Below, in pieces: positions 27,891 through 37,286 of a stretch of 64,000 nucleotides of DNA. This DNA comes from Thermoanaerobaculia bacterium (lineage in GTDB: Bacteria; Acidobacteriota; Thermoanaerobaculia; Gp7-AA8). The translations under genes were made by a program, and so were the position numbers. Positions within the stretch are counted from its first letter, which is position 1; every line of letters starts with the position of its first letter. Below the pieces are notes generated by a model that saw nothing but the letters and a program-made list of their open reading frames with translations, had not been told where the DNA came from and searched no databases. The DNA lies in contig DASUSN010000052.1 in the NCBI GenBank assembly GCA_036375075.1, positions 26,195 to 90,194 on the forward strand, read 5' to 3'.

Positions 27891-29381
27891 ATGCGAGCTT
27901 TCTCCATCGTGATCCTGCTGTTGGCGGTCCCGCTGTTCGCGCAGCGGTACGACGACGCGATCACCGTGAACGTCGTGGACGTCCCGGTGTACGTCGAGCG
28001 GTTCGGGAAGCCGGTCACGGGACTCACGCGCGACGACTTCGAGCTGTTCGTCGGCGGCAAGCCGCATCCGATCGAGTACTTCGACGTGCTGGACGAGCAG
28101 CAGGCCGAGCAGCAGCGGGAAGCGGCCGGCGCGCCGGCCGATCTCGCCCGCCGGCGCCTGGTAGTCCTGCTGTTCCACGTCGAAGCGCCGAGCCATTCCC
28201 TGCAGCGCGCGCAGAAGGCCGCGGTGAAGTACGTGGCCGCGGCCGCGGCCACCGACACGCTGGCGGTGGCCACCGTCAGCGCGCCGGGCGTGCTGTTCAT
28301 CGTGCCGTTCACGAACGACCGCGTCGCGGTGCAGCGGGCGATCGCCACGCTCCGGCCGAGCGCCGCGCGCGATCCGTTCCGCGTCGCGACCCTCGGCGTG
28401 GAGCGCGACATCTGGGAAGAAGATCATCCCGCGTTCCAGCCGCCGGCGATCGCAGGGTGGCACGTCGATGCGGCGATCGACATGGACTCCGTCCGGAACG
28501 ATTACGACAACCGCAGCCTCATCGAGAACCTCTCCGATCTCGCCGGCCGTCTCGCGCCGCTCGAAGGGCTGAAGGAAGTGGTGCTGTTCTCCGAAGGGAA
28601 CGGCGATCCCGCCGCGGCCTATACGTGGGCGGGCACGCAGCACGCCACCATCCGCATGCACCAGCACTATCGCGCGGCGGGCGTCATCCTGAACGCCGTC
28701 GACATCGGCACGCCGCGCGCGCCGGGCGGCGACGCGCTGGTCTCCGGGCTCTGGGCGGCAGCGGATGGCATGCCCGATTTTCTCACGTCCTCATTTCTCT
28801 GGTCGCTGGCGCTCGACACCGGCGGGATCGCGACGTTCTCCCTTCCCGAACTGGAGAAGCGCCGCCGCGCCGGCTATCTGATCGGGTTCCGGGCGCCGCC
28901 CGGCCGGAGGAGCAGCTCGATCCGCGTGCACGTGAAGAACGTGCCGCTCCTCACCGACGTCCGCTACCGCAAGGCCTACACCCTCGGCCACGAAACGAAG
29001 GACGAAGGGCTCTTCCTCGCGGACGCGCTGCTGAACGACATCCCGCAGAACGGGGTGACGCTGGACCTCGCGGTGAACGGCACGTGGGTGGCCGCGAGCA
29101 TCCCCGGCGTGGAGCTGCTGTCGTATGCGTCCGGGCAGCACCGGCTGCACCTCGACGTCTACTTCTACGTCTTCGACCGGGAACAGCGGCCGGTCGCGTG
29201 GAATCGCATGCAGATCGCCGTGGACCTGGAGAAGGGGCGCGAGTTCCTGAGCGCGCATCCCTATGCGATGAGGCAGGAGTTCGTGCTCGAGCCGGGGCGC
29301 TACGTCGCCAAGGCGCTGGTGCGGATCAAGGGAACGGATCGGGTGGGTTTCGAGCGAACGGAATTCGAGGTGAAACAATGA
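27891..29381 (+). CDS. Secreted VWA-related protein (acidobacterial VWFA-related N-terminal domain type), paralogue 1
   Basis: Signal MRAFSIVILLLAVPLFA. ITVNVVDVPVYVERFGKPVTGLTRDDFELFVGGKPHPIEYFDV, LVVLLFH. About 60 percent identical by eye to the next gene. Confidence 0.75.
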   Translation: MRAFSIVILLLAVPLFAQRYDDAITVNVVDVPVYVERFGKPVTGLTRDDFELFVGGKPHPIEYFDVLDEQQAEQQREAAGAPADLARRRLVVLLFHVEAPSHSLQRAQKAAVKYVAAAAATDTLAVATVSAPGVLFIVPFTNDRVAVQRAIATLRPSAARDPFRVATLGVERDIWEEDHPAFQPPAIAGWHVDAAIDMDSVRNDYDNRSLIENLSDLAGRLAPLEGLKEVVLFSEGNGDPAAAYTWAGTQHATIRMHQHYRAAGVILNAVDIGTPRAPGGDALVSGLWAAADGMPDFLTSSFLWSLALDTGGIATFSLPELEKRRRAGYLIGFRAPPGRRSSSIRVHVKNVPLLTDVRYRKAYTLGHETKDEGLFLADALLNDIPQNGVTLDLAVNGTWVAASIPGVELLSYASGQHRLHLDVYFYVFDREQRPVAWNRMQIAVDLEKGREFLSAHPYAMRQEFVLEPGRYVAKALVRIKGTDRVGFERTEFEVKQ

Positions 29382-30931
29382 GATCGATCGCCCTCGCAGT
29401 GATGCTTTCGGTAGTTCCGGCCTTGGCGCAGCCCATTCTGCCCCAGCGCTTCGACGACACGATCACGATCAACGTGGTCGACGTCCCCGTATACGTCGAG
29501 CGCTTCGGCGTGCCGGTCAGGGGACTCACGCGCGACGACTTCACGCTGTTCGTCGACGGCAAGCCGCATCCGATCGAGTACTTCGACGTGATCGACGAAG
29601 GCGTGGCGGCGGAAGCCGCGCCGGACGCGCCGGCCGACCTCAAACGCCGGCGTCTGATCGTCCTGCTGTTCGATCTCAGCGCCTCGCCGTACTCGCTGCA
29701 GCGTGCGCGGGAGGCGGCGATGAAGTACGTCGCGGAGGGCGTTGCGGGCGACACCTTTGCGGTGGCGACCGTCGGGCGCTCCGATCTTCGCTTCATCGCC
29801 GCGTTCACGACCGACCGGGTCGCGGTGCAGCGGGCCATCGCCACGCTCGCGCCGAGCGCGTCGCGCGATCCGTTCCGCGTGGCGACGCTCGACGACGAGC
29901 GCGCGCGCTGGGCCGGGACCCTTGGCGGCGCCGAGGCGGGACTGGGTGCGTTCAGCGACATCTGGGGCGATGACATCGCACCCGGCGGCATGGGCGTGTC
30001 GTCGGCGGCCGAGAACGCGGCGGCCTTCGAGCGGACCGCGCAGGAGATGGAGGCGCTGGAGGAGGAGAGCCTCAGCATCGGGTTCGTCGAGAGCCTGAGC
30101 GCGCTCGCCGACCGGCTCGCGCCGCTGGAAGGAGTCAAACAGGTCGTGCTCCTGTCCGAGCGCCAGTCGGGCCGCGACGGCCAGGGGCCGGTGATGCAGC
30201 GCACCACGCGCCTCCACGCGCGTTACCGCGCCGCCGGCGTGATCCTCAATGCCGTCGACATCCATCCGCCGAGAGTGCCTTCCGGCGCCGCGATCTCCAG
30301 CACGCCGGACGGACGTACCAGGGCGCAGAGCGCGCTGGCTTCCGAGTTCCTGTACTCGCTGGCGCTCGACACCGGCGGCGTAGTCACGTCGTCGCTGCCG
30401 CAACTGCTGGAGCGCAACCGCCACGCGTATGTGATCGGCTTCCGCGCGCCGGAAGGAGCGGCGCGGGAGTCGATCCGTGTCGAAGTGAAGAACCTTCCGC
30501 GCCTCACCGACGTCCGCTACCGCAAGTCGTACGACCTCCGTGCCGCGAAGAGCGCGGATCAGGGTCTGTTTCTCGCCGACACCCTGCTGAACGACATCCC
30601 GCAGAACGGCGTCACGCTGGGCCTCGCCGTGAAAGGCACCCAGGTCACGGCGAGCATCCCCGGAGTCGAGCTGCTCTCCTACGCGTCCGGCAGGCCGCTG
30701 CCGCTGGAAGTGTTCTTCTACGTCTTCAACGAAGAAGGCCGGCCCTTCTCGTGGAACGTGGCGCAGATCGCGGTGGACCTGGAGAAGGGACGTGACTTCC
30801 TCAGCGCCCACCCGTACACCATGCGGCAGGATCTCGTGCTGCAGCCCGGGCGGTACGTCGTCAAGGCGCTCGTCCGCGTCGCGGGGACGGATCGTGTCGG
30901 TTTCCAGCGCGCGCCGCTGGTGGTGCAGTAG
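29378..30931 (+). CDS. Secreted VWA-related protein, paralogue 2
   Basis: ATGA overlap with paralogue 1. ITINVVDVPVYVERFGVPVRGLTRDDFTLFVDGKPHPIEYFDV. C-terminal LFLADTLLNDIPQNGVTL...GRYVVKALVRVAGTDRVGF matches paralogue 1. Confidence 0.75.
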   Translation: MRSIALAVMLSVVPALAQPILPQRFDDTITINVVDVPVYVERFGVPVRGLTRDDFTLFVDGKPHPIEYFDVIDEGVAAEAAPDAPADLKRRRLIVLLFDLSASPYSLQRAREAAMKYVAEGVAGDTFAVATVGRSDLRFIAAFTTDRVAVQRAIATLAPSASRDPFRVATLDDERARWAGTLGGAEAGLGAFSDIWGDDIAPGGMGVSSAAENAAAFERTAQEMEALEEESLSIGFVESLSALADRLAPLEGVKQVVLLSERQSGRDGQGPVMQRTTRLHARYRAAGVILNAVDIHPPRVPSGAAISSTPDGRTRAQSALASEFLYSLALDTGGVVTSSLPQLLERNRHAYVIGFRAPEGAARESIRVEVKNLPRLTDVRYRKSYDLRAAKSADQGLFLADTLLNDIPQNGVTLGLAVKGTQVTASIPGVELLSYASGRPLPLEVFFYVFNEEGRPFSWNVAQIAVDLEKGRDFLSAHPYTMRQDLVLQPGRYVVKALVRVAGTDRVGFQRAPLVVQ

Positions 30932-30940
30932 CCTGATCCG

Positions 30941-31030
30941 GTTCCTCGGTTCCTCGGAGTTCCTCGGGTTCCTCGGAGGAAATGGGCCGTCCGCCGAGGA
31001 ACTCCGAGGAACCGAGGAACTCCGAGGAAC
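30941..31030. repeat. Micro-repeat hairpin, family D (GTTCCTCGG / CCGAGGAAC units)
   Basis: GTTCCTCGGTTCCTCGGAGTTCCTCGGGTTCCTCGGAGG-loop-CCGAGGAACTCCGAGGAACCGAGGAACTCCGAGGAAC. Confidence 0.9.
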
Positions 31031-31073
31031 CGCATTGATGGCAGCGGATCTGCAGCGGCCCGGTGCATACCGT

Positions 31074-31259
31074 TCATTGACAGAGGGCCAGAATATCTCC
31101 ACAATCTCCGCCGTTCAGCTCCAATAAGCTCTTCAACGTTTCACCCGCGTAGCTCACACACCGGGCTTTTGTAACCAAGAACAAGCGATCCTCGGTGAGT
31201 CCGGCTTTCCGGAGCGCCGTAGTTACAGCAAGCCAGCGCTTTACCCACGTTTTGGACAT
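31074..31259 (-). CDS. Orphan 61-aa ORF in a lower-GC islet (doubtful)
   Basis: Only an ORF with atypical A/T-ending codons (AAA, GTA, TTA, ACA, TGT, ATT). No recognised motif. Its 5' end overlaps the engB start region. Confidence 0.15.
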   Translation of the reverse strand: MSKTWVKRWLAVTTALRKAGLTEDRLFLVTKARCVSYAGETLKSLLELNGGDCGDILALCQ

Positions 31260-31833
31260 CCGATCAGTTGAGTTTCATCGGGCGGCGTACCAGCCGGGCG
31301 ACTTTCCGCGTGATCGACGGCCGCAGTTTGCGATGGTCGGTCGATCCAACGTCGGTAAGTCCTCGCTGATCAATGCCGTGTTGAACCGCAAGGGCATTGC
31401 CCGCGTCAGCCAGACCCCTGGGAAAACGCAGGCCATTCAGTTCTACCTGATCAATGAAAAGTTCTATCTCGTGGACCTTCCGGGCTACGGCTACGCGAAG
31501 GTACCGAAGAGTGTCGTCAGCACCTGGGGAGAGCTCATGAGGAGCTACCTCGAGAACGCAGCCGACCTCAAGACGATCTTTCTGCTCCTGGACATCCGTC
31601 GCGAGCCGGGCGAGCACGACCTGGACATGCACGCCTGGGCGCGCGCGCTCGAAGGCGTCGATGAAAAGATCGTGCTGACGAAGAGTGACAAATTGTCGAA
31701 CAACCAGATCGCCCTGCAGCGGAGCGCGATCGCGAAACAACTCCAGATGGATGACGAAGACCTCATCACGGCGTCCGTCGTATCAAAGAAGGGCATCGAC
31801 CAGATCCGTCGCGAGATGATCGCGCGCCTGTAA
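31252..31833 (+). CDS. engB: Ribosome-biogenesis GTPase EngB/YihA/YsxC
   Basis: FAMVGRSNVGKSSLIN (G1), DLPGYGYA (G3), TKSDK (G4). TTG 31252 gives a 193-aa protein with a typical ~25-aa lead-in to G1. GTG 31195 is an alternative start. Confidence 0.85.
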   Translation: MDIRSVEFHRAAYQPGDFPRDRRPQFAMVGRSNVGKSSLINAVLNRKGIARVSQTPGKTQAIQFYLINEKFYLVDLPGYGYAKVPKSVVSTWGELMRSYLENAADLKTIFLLLDIRREPGEHDLDMHAWARALEGVDEKIVLTKSDKLSNNQIALQRSAIAKQLQMDDEDLITASVVSKKGIDQIRREMIARL

Positions 31834-31842
31834 GAGGAAACC

Positions 31843-33489
<1,647 letters not shown>

Positions 33490-33510
33490 CTGCGACGCAC
33501 GGCGATTCGC

Positions 33511-33538
33511 AAAGGGCGGCCTTCGGCCGCCCTTTTTC
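33511..33538 (+). terminator. Rho-independent terminator after rho
   Basis: AAAGGGCGGC-cttcg-GCCGCCCTTTTT. Immediately followed by TATACT (33539-33544), 7 nt before ATG 33552. Confidence 0.7.
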
Positions 33539-33551
33539 TATACTCCCTGCC

Positions 33552-34514
33552 ATGTCGCGTGAGGTCGCAGTCATCGGTGCCGGTGTCATCGGACTCACCT
33601 CGGCCATCGAGCTGCTGCGCGCCGGCCACCGTGTGACGATCTTCACGCGCGAGCGGCCCGCGCATACGACGTCCGCGGTGCCCGCGGCGATCTGGTTTCC
33701 GTATTACGCACAACCCGAAGCCGACGTCACGCGCTGGGCGCTGGCGACGCGGGAGCGGTTGCGCGCATTCGTTGGCGAGCCGCGGGCGGGCGTGCGGTGG
33801 GTGGACTTCTCGCGCGTCTGGAAGGACTCTCCGCCGCCGGTGGAAAAGTGGATGGCAGCGGACGAGCTCACATGGCTGGCGGCCGATGAGCTGCCTCCGG
33901 GGTTCCGATACGGCTACCGCATCGCGGTTCCCTTGATGGAGAACCCGGCGTACCTCACGTACCTCGAAGGACTGTTCCACGAATCAGGCGGACGACTGGT
34001 GACGACGGACCTGCAGTCGCTCGTTGAGGTTCCGCCGTCGCACGAGCTGATCGTGAACTGCACCGGCTACGGCGCGCGGGCCCTGTGCGACGACCGTGAG
34101 CTCCACGCAGGCCGCGGAGCGGTCGTCCTCGTCGACCGCATCGCGGCCGAGCGGCACGTGGTCCACGACGAGCGTGCGGACACGCTGACGTACGTCGTCT
34201 CCCGCTCCGGCGACTGCGTCCTCGGTGGCTGCGACGAAACGAGCGACCTGTTGGCGACATCGCTTGGTGAGGCGGAGGCAATCCTCAAGCGCTGTGCGGT
34301 CGTCGGCGACTGCGCCGATGTCCGCCTTAGGAGCGTGGAAGTCGGAATCCGCCCGGTGCGCGATGCGGGCGTCCGTCTCGAGGCCGCGCAGCTCGAGGAC
34401 GGCCGCACCGTCATCCACAACTACGGCCACGGCGGCGCCGGATTCACCCTGTCGTGGGGCTGTGCGGAGGACGTGGCCGTGGCAGTTCTCGGCAACGTAG
34501 GCATCAGTCCCTGA
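33552..34514 (+). CDS. D-amino-acid-oxidase-like FAD-dependent oxidoreductase
   Basis: VAVIGAGVIGLTSA dinucleotide fold. C-terminal HNYGHGGAGFTLSWGCA, typical of DAAO-family enzymes. 320 aa. Confidence 0.8.
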   Translation: MSREVAVIGAGVIGLTSAIELLRAGHRVTIFTRERPAHTTSAVPAAIWFPYYAQPEADVTRWALATRERLRAFVGEPRAGVRWVDFSRVWKDSPPPVEKWMAADELTWLAADELPPGFRYGYRIAVPLMENPAYLTYLEGLFHESGGRLVTTDLQSLVEVPPSHELIVNCTGYGARALCDDRELHAGRGAVVLVDRIAAERHVVHDERADTLTYVVSRSGDCVLGGCDETSDLLATSLGEAEAILKRCAVVGDCADVRLRSVEVGIRPVRDAGVRLEAAQLEDGRTVIHNYGHGGAGFTLSWGCAEDVAVAVLGNVGISP

Positions 34515-34549
34515 GTACAGGGTGCCCCGGAAGTACGTGCCATCGCTCT

Positions 34550-34673
34550 GTCATCCTGAGCCGCGTAGACGGCGAAGGACCCCCCGCGGTTCGCGACTAA
34601 CGCGCATCCATCAGGAGGTCCCTCGCCGCCATGCTTTGCGTACTTGCCATGCTCGTTGCGGCTCAGGATGACA
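34550..34673. repeat. Palindromic element family E (GTCATCCTGAGCCGCGTAGACGGCGAAGGACCCC ... GGCTCAGGATGAC)
   Basis: The 34-nt left arm is identical to the copies at 45006 and 60675. The right arm is divergent. Confidence 0.88.
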
Positions 34674-34676
34674 ACG

Positions 34677-34772
34677 GTCATCCCGAGCCCAGCGAGGGAT
34701 CTGGGCGGGTGGGCGGAGGCATGTGCATCGTGCCCCGCCCGCCCAGGTCCCTCGCTCGACGCTCGGGATGAC
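34677..34772. repeat. Palindromic element family E-prime (GTCATCCCGAGC ... GCTCGGGATGAC), abutting the family E copy
   Basis: GTCATCCCGAGCCCAGCGAGGGATCTGGGCGGG ... CCCGCCCAGGTCCCTCGCTCGACGCTCGGGATGAC. Confidence 0.85.
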
Positions 34773-34777
34773 AGAGG

Positions 34778-36052
34778 TCACCGGCGCCCCAGACTCGAGG
34801 GCAGCATTGGCGTCGAGATCAGCTCCTTGAACATCTCCCAGTTCTTCACGTGCCCCCGCACCAGCGCCAACCCCACGTTGTAGTTGATGACGTAGCTGCG
34901 GTACCGCTCGATGAACTTTATCTGCTGCTCCGCGCGGTCGGGCGTGGAGAGGCCGTACTTCACCAGCCAGTCTTTCGCTTCCTCGCGCGTCGCTTCGCCG
35001 TTGAGCCAGCGGCGGGCGGCTTCGTTGGAGGCGTAGCCGAGGGCGGCGCTGAGTTTGGCGACGCGGTGGAAGCGCGGGGCCTCGGCGGGATCCAGGCCGG
35101 CGAGGGGGAAGAGCACGTCGCGGTCGAACTTCATGCGCTCCTCGTCCGGGAATGCGATCTCCAGTCCGAAGTTGCCCGTGCCCTCGGCGATCAGCGACTG
35201 CGGGCTGTTGAGCGGGTAGATCGTGTACTCCACCCAGCCGCGATCGCGCACGAGGTTCTTCTCCAGCAGCGCGTTGTACGTGTGATGTCCGGGGTAGCCC
35301 TCATGACACGCCAGGTCCAGCGCTCGCGACACGCCCACCGGCAAATCCGTGTTCACCTGGATGACGCTCGTGTAGTTGCCCTTGTACCAGTTGTACGCGG
35401 ACCACGGCTGGTTCTTCACGTACTCCAGCGTGAACTTCTCCTCGGCCGGCAACTGGATGTGCTGCAGCGTGCGCTCGCGGCACTCTTTCAGCGCGGCGCG
35501 CATCACGGTGTCGAGCTTGTCCGCCGGGATCTCGAACCGCTTGCGATACGCCTCGACGCGCTGCCGGAGCGGCTCGTCGCCCGGCAGCTCCTGCTCCAGC
35601 GACGCGATGGCCCTGGCGAAGAACTCGTCGTCGTGACGCGGCGGCGTGACGCCGTACAGCAGCCGCGCCTCCTCGTCGAACGTGAACTTCTTCCCCTGCA
35701 GCATCTCGGTCTTGGTGATCGTCGCGCCGAGCTGCTCGATGAGGTAGTTGCGCCGTAGCGCGAGCATACGGTCGCCCGGAACGGGCACGCGCTGCACGGC
35801 CTCCCGCAGCGCCGTCGCCTCGGTGTGGATGTCCGCCAGGCTCTTTTTCTCGTTCTTGACCGCCTCACGCCACTCCGGCGGACCGTAGTACGCGTCGACC
35901 CAGTCGGCGTCATGCTCGCCGAGGGCGAGGGCGAGCTTCACGTAATTCGTGGCGTGCGCATCCAGCGGCTGCCCGGCGGCCGAAGGAGCCGAGGGCTGAT
36001 GCGCACAGGCGGCGAGAAGGACGAGGGCGAAGACGAATGTCAGTTTTTTCAT
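34778..36052 (-). CDS. Lipoprotein, DUF885-like putative metallopeptidase
   Basis: MKKLTFVFALVLLAAC lipobox. ACHEGYPGHH (the HExxPGHH motif seen in DUF885 proteins). Start at ATG 36052 (TGATG junction with the upstream stop); GTG 36064 is an alternative. Confidence 0.6.
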   Translation of the reverse strand: MKKLTFVFALVLLAACAHQPSAPSAAGQPLDAHATNYVKLALALGEHDADWVDAYYGPPEWREAVKNEKKSLADIHTEATALREAVQRVPVPGDRMLALRRNYLIEQLGATITKTEMLQGKKFTFDEEARLLYGVTPPRHDDEFFARAIASLEQELPGDEPLRQRVEAYRKRFEIPADKLDTVMRAALKECRERTLQHIQLPAEEKFTLEYVKNQPWSAYNWYKGNYTSVIQVNTDLPVGVSRALDLACHEGYPGHHTYNALLEKNLVRDRGWVEYTIYPLNSPQSLIAEGTGNFGLEIAFPDEERMKFDRDVLFPLAGLDPAEAPRFHRVAKLSAALGYASNEAARRWLNGEATREEAKDWLVKYGLSTPDRAEQQIKFIERYRSYVINYNVGLALVRGHVKNWEMFKELISTPMLPSSLGRR

Positions 36053-37191
36053 CAATACCACCACGCGAACGGAATCGCGACGTCACGCAGCCGCGGATAA
36101 TGCCACCGATCAGGCTCCGTGAAGATCTTCGTGTCGTTCGTGACGTTGTCGGTCACGCTGTAGTAGCCCACGAACGTCGCCTCCTGTCCCGCCGTGAAGA
36201 GCAGAAGGTTCGCGCCCGGGCGGACCTCGCCATACAGCTCCGCGAGCGGCACCTGACGGTAGGTGTTGGCCGGGAGCTCGATCTCGTCGTAGATGGCGAT
36301 GGCGTCGAACTCCCGGATGTACTCGCCGACGCGGATCTTCACCGCGGCGTCGAAGCTGCGCAGGCCGACGTTGACGCGCGACCGCGACGGATACTCCGGC
36401 GGCACGATGATGTGCAGCAGCCCGCGCTGGAGCTGCGTCGGCGTCAGCGCCTGGACGACGTCGCCGAACTGCCCCTGTCCCGAATCGTTGTAGATCCGCG
36501 CCTCCGCCCGCGGCGCGAGGTAGCCCTCGCGGTACGGCGGCGTCCCCTCGTCGAAGAAGTCGGGCACGATGTCGAGGTTGCCGACTCCCGTCACGCCCAT
36601 CGCCGCGTTGAGATCCTTCATCAGGTCCACCCCCGGGATCGCTGCCATGTTCATCGGTCCGAGGTCGTAGCGGATGTGCGGATCGCGGTCGTCGCCGTAG
36701 AACGTGCCGAGCGGACGGAAGTACACGGTCCCGCTGCCGAAGCCGAGGAGCTGTACCGACGTCTTCCACTGCGAGCCGTTCGCGCCCGAGGCGCTCCCGA
36801 CGCCGGGGATCACGACGCGGTCGGCGACGCCCTTCAGGGGCGCCCAGGCCCGGAGCGGCACCGCGAGCCGCGTCGAGCAGACGAGAGTCTCGTCCGCCGT
36901 GAGCGTCGTGCCTAGGATCGCGATGTCCAGGATCCCGTCCGTCGCGACGCGCGGCGGATGGAAGACGATCTGGAAATCCGTGTCCGGGCCGACGTGGTAC
37001 GCCTGCGGGGGCTCGGCCGAGCCGCGGAAGGCCGTGGTCATGATGTACCGCGTGGACGTCGTGTCGAACTGGACCGCGATGCTGTTTCCGGTGATGGGGC
37101 CGGCCGGCAGCCCCTGGACGGGGCACGGCGGGGCAGCCGAAAGGGTGGCGGCGGTGAGAAACGCGCAAACAATGATCGGAAATCGCGGCAT
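36052..37191 (-). CDS. Secreted hypothetical protein carrying one copy of the module found twice in 2080..4767
   Basis: Signal MPRFPIIVCAFLTAATLSA. VVIPGVGSASGANGSQWKTSV...ARIYNDSGQGQFG...SRVNVGLRSFD...YYSVTDNVTNDTKIF. Confidence 0.7.
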   Translation of the reverse strand: MPRFPIIVCAFLTAATLSAAPPCPVQGLPAGPITGNSIAVQFDTTSTRYIMTTAFRGSAEPPQAYHVGPDTDFQIVFHPPRVATDGILDIAILGTTLTADETLVCSTRLAVPLRAWAPLKGVADRVVIPGVGSASGANGSQWKTSVQLLGFGSGTVYFRPLGTFYGDDRDPHIRYDLGPMNMAAIPGVDLMKDLNAAMGVTGVGNLDIVPDFFDEGTPPYREGYLAPRAEARIYNDSGQGQFGDVVQALTPTQLQRGLLHIIVPPEYPSRSRVNVGLRSFDAAVKIRVGEYIREFDAIAIYDEIELPANTYRQVPLAELYGEVRPGANLLLFTAGQEATFVGYYSVTDNVTNDTKIFTEPDRWHYPRLRDVAIPFAWWY

Positions 37192-37286
37192 GGTGGCTGT
37201 ATGGTCACCAATTCAAGGGGCGGCACGGATTGCGATTCCGCAACAATCGTGTTCTCTTCCGCGCTGAAACAGGAGGCAAGTTTCGA

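Noticed and set aside
28458-28471. TGGCACGTCGATGC as a sigma-54 promoter.
   Set aside because: It lies inside the VWA-like CDS, and the spacing is 9 nt.
37222-37233. GGCACGGATTGC upstream of the S46 peptidase gene as a sigma-54 promoter.
   Set aside because: GG and GC are separated by 8 nt rather than the required 10.
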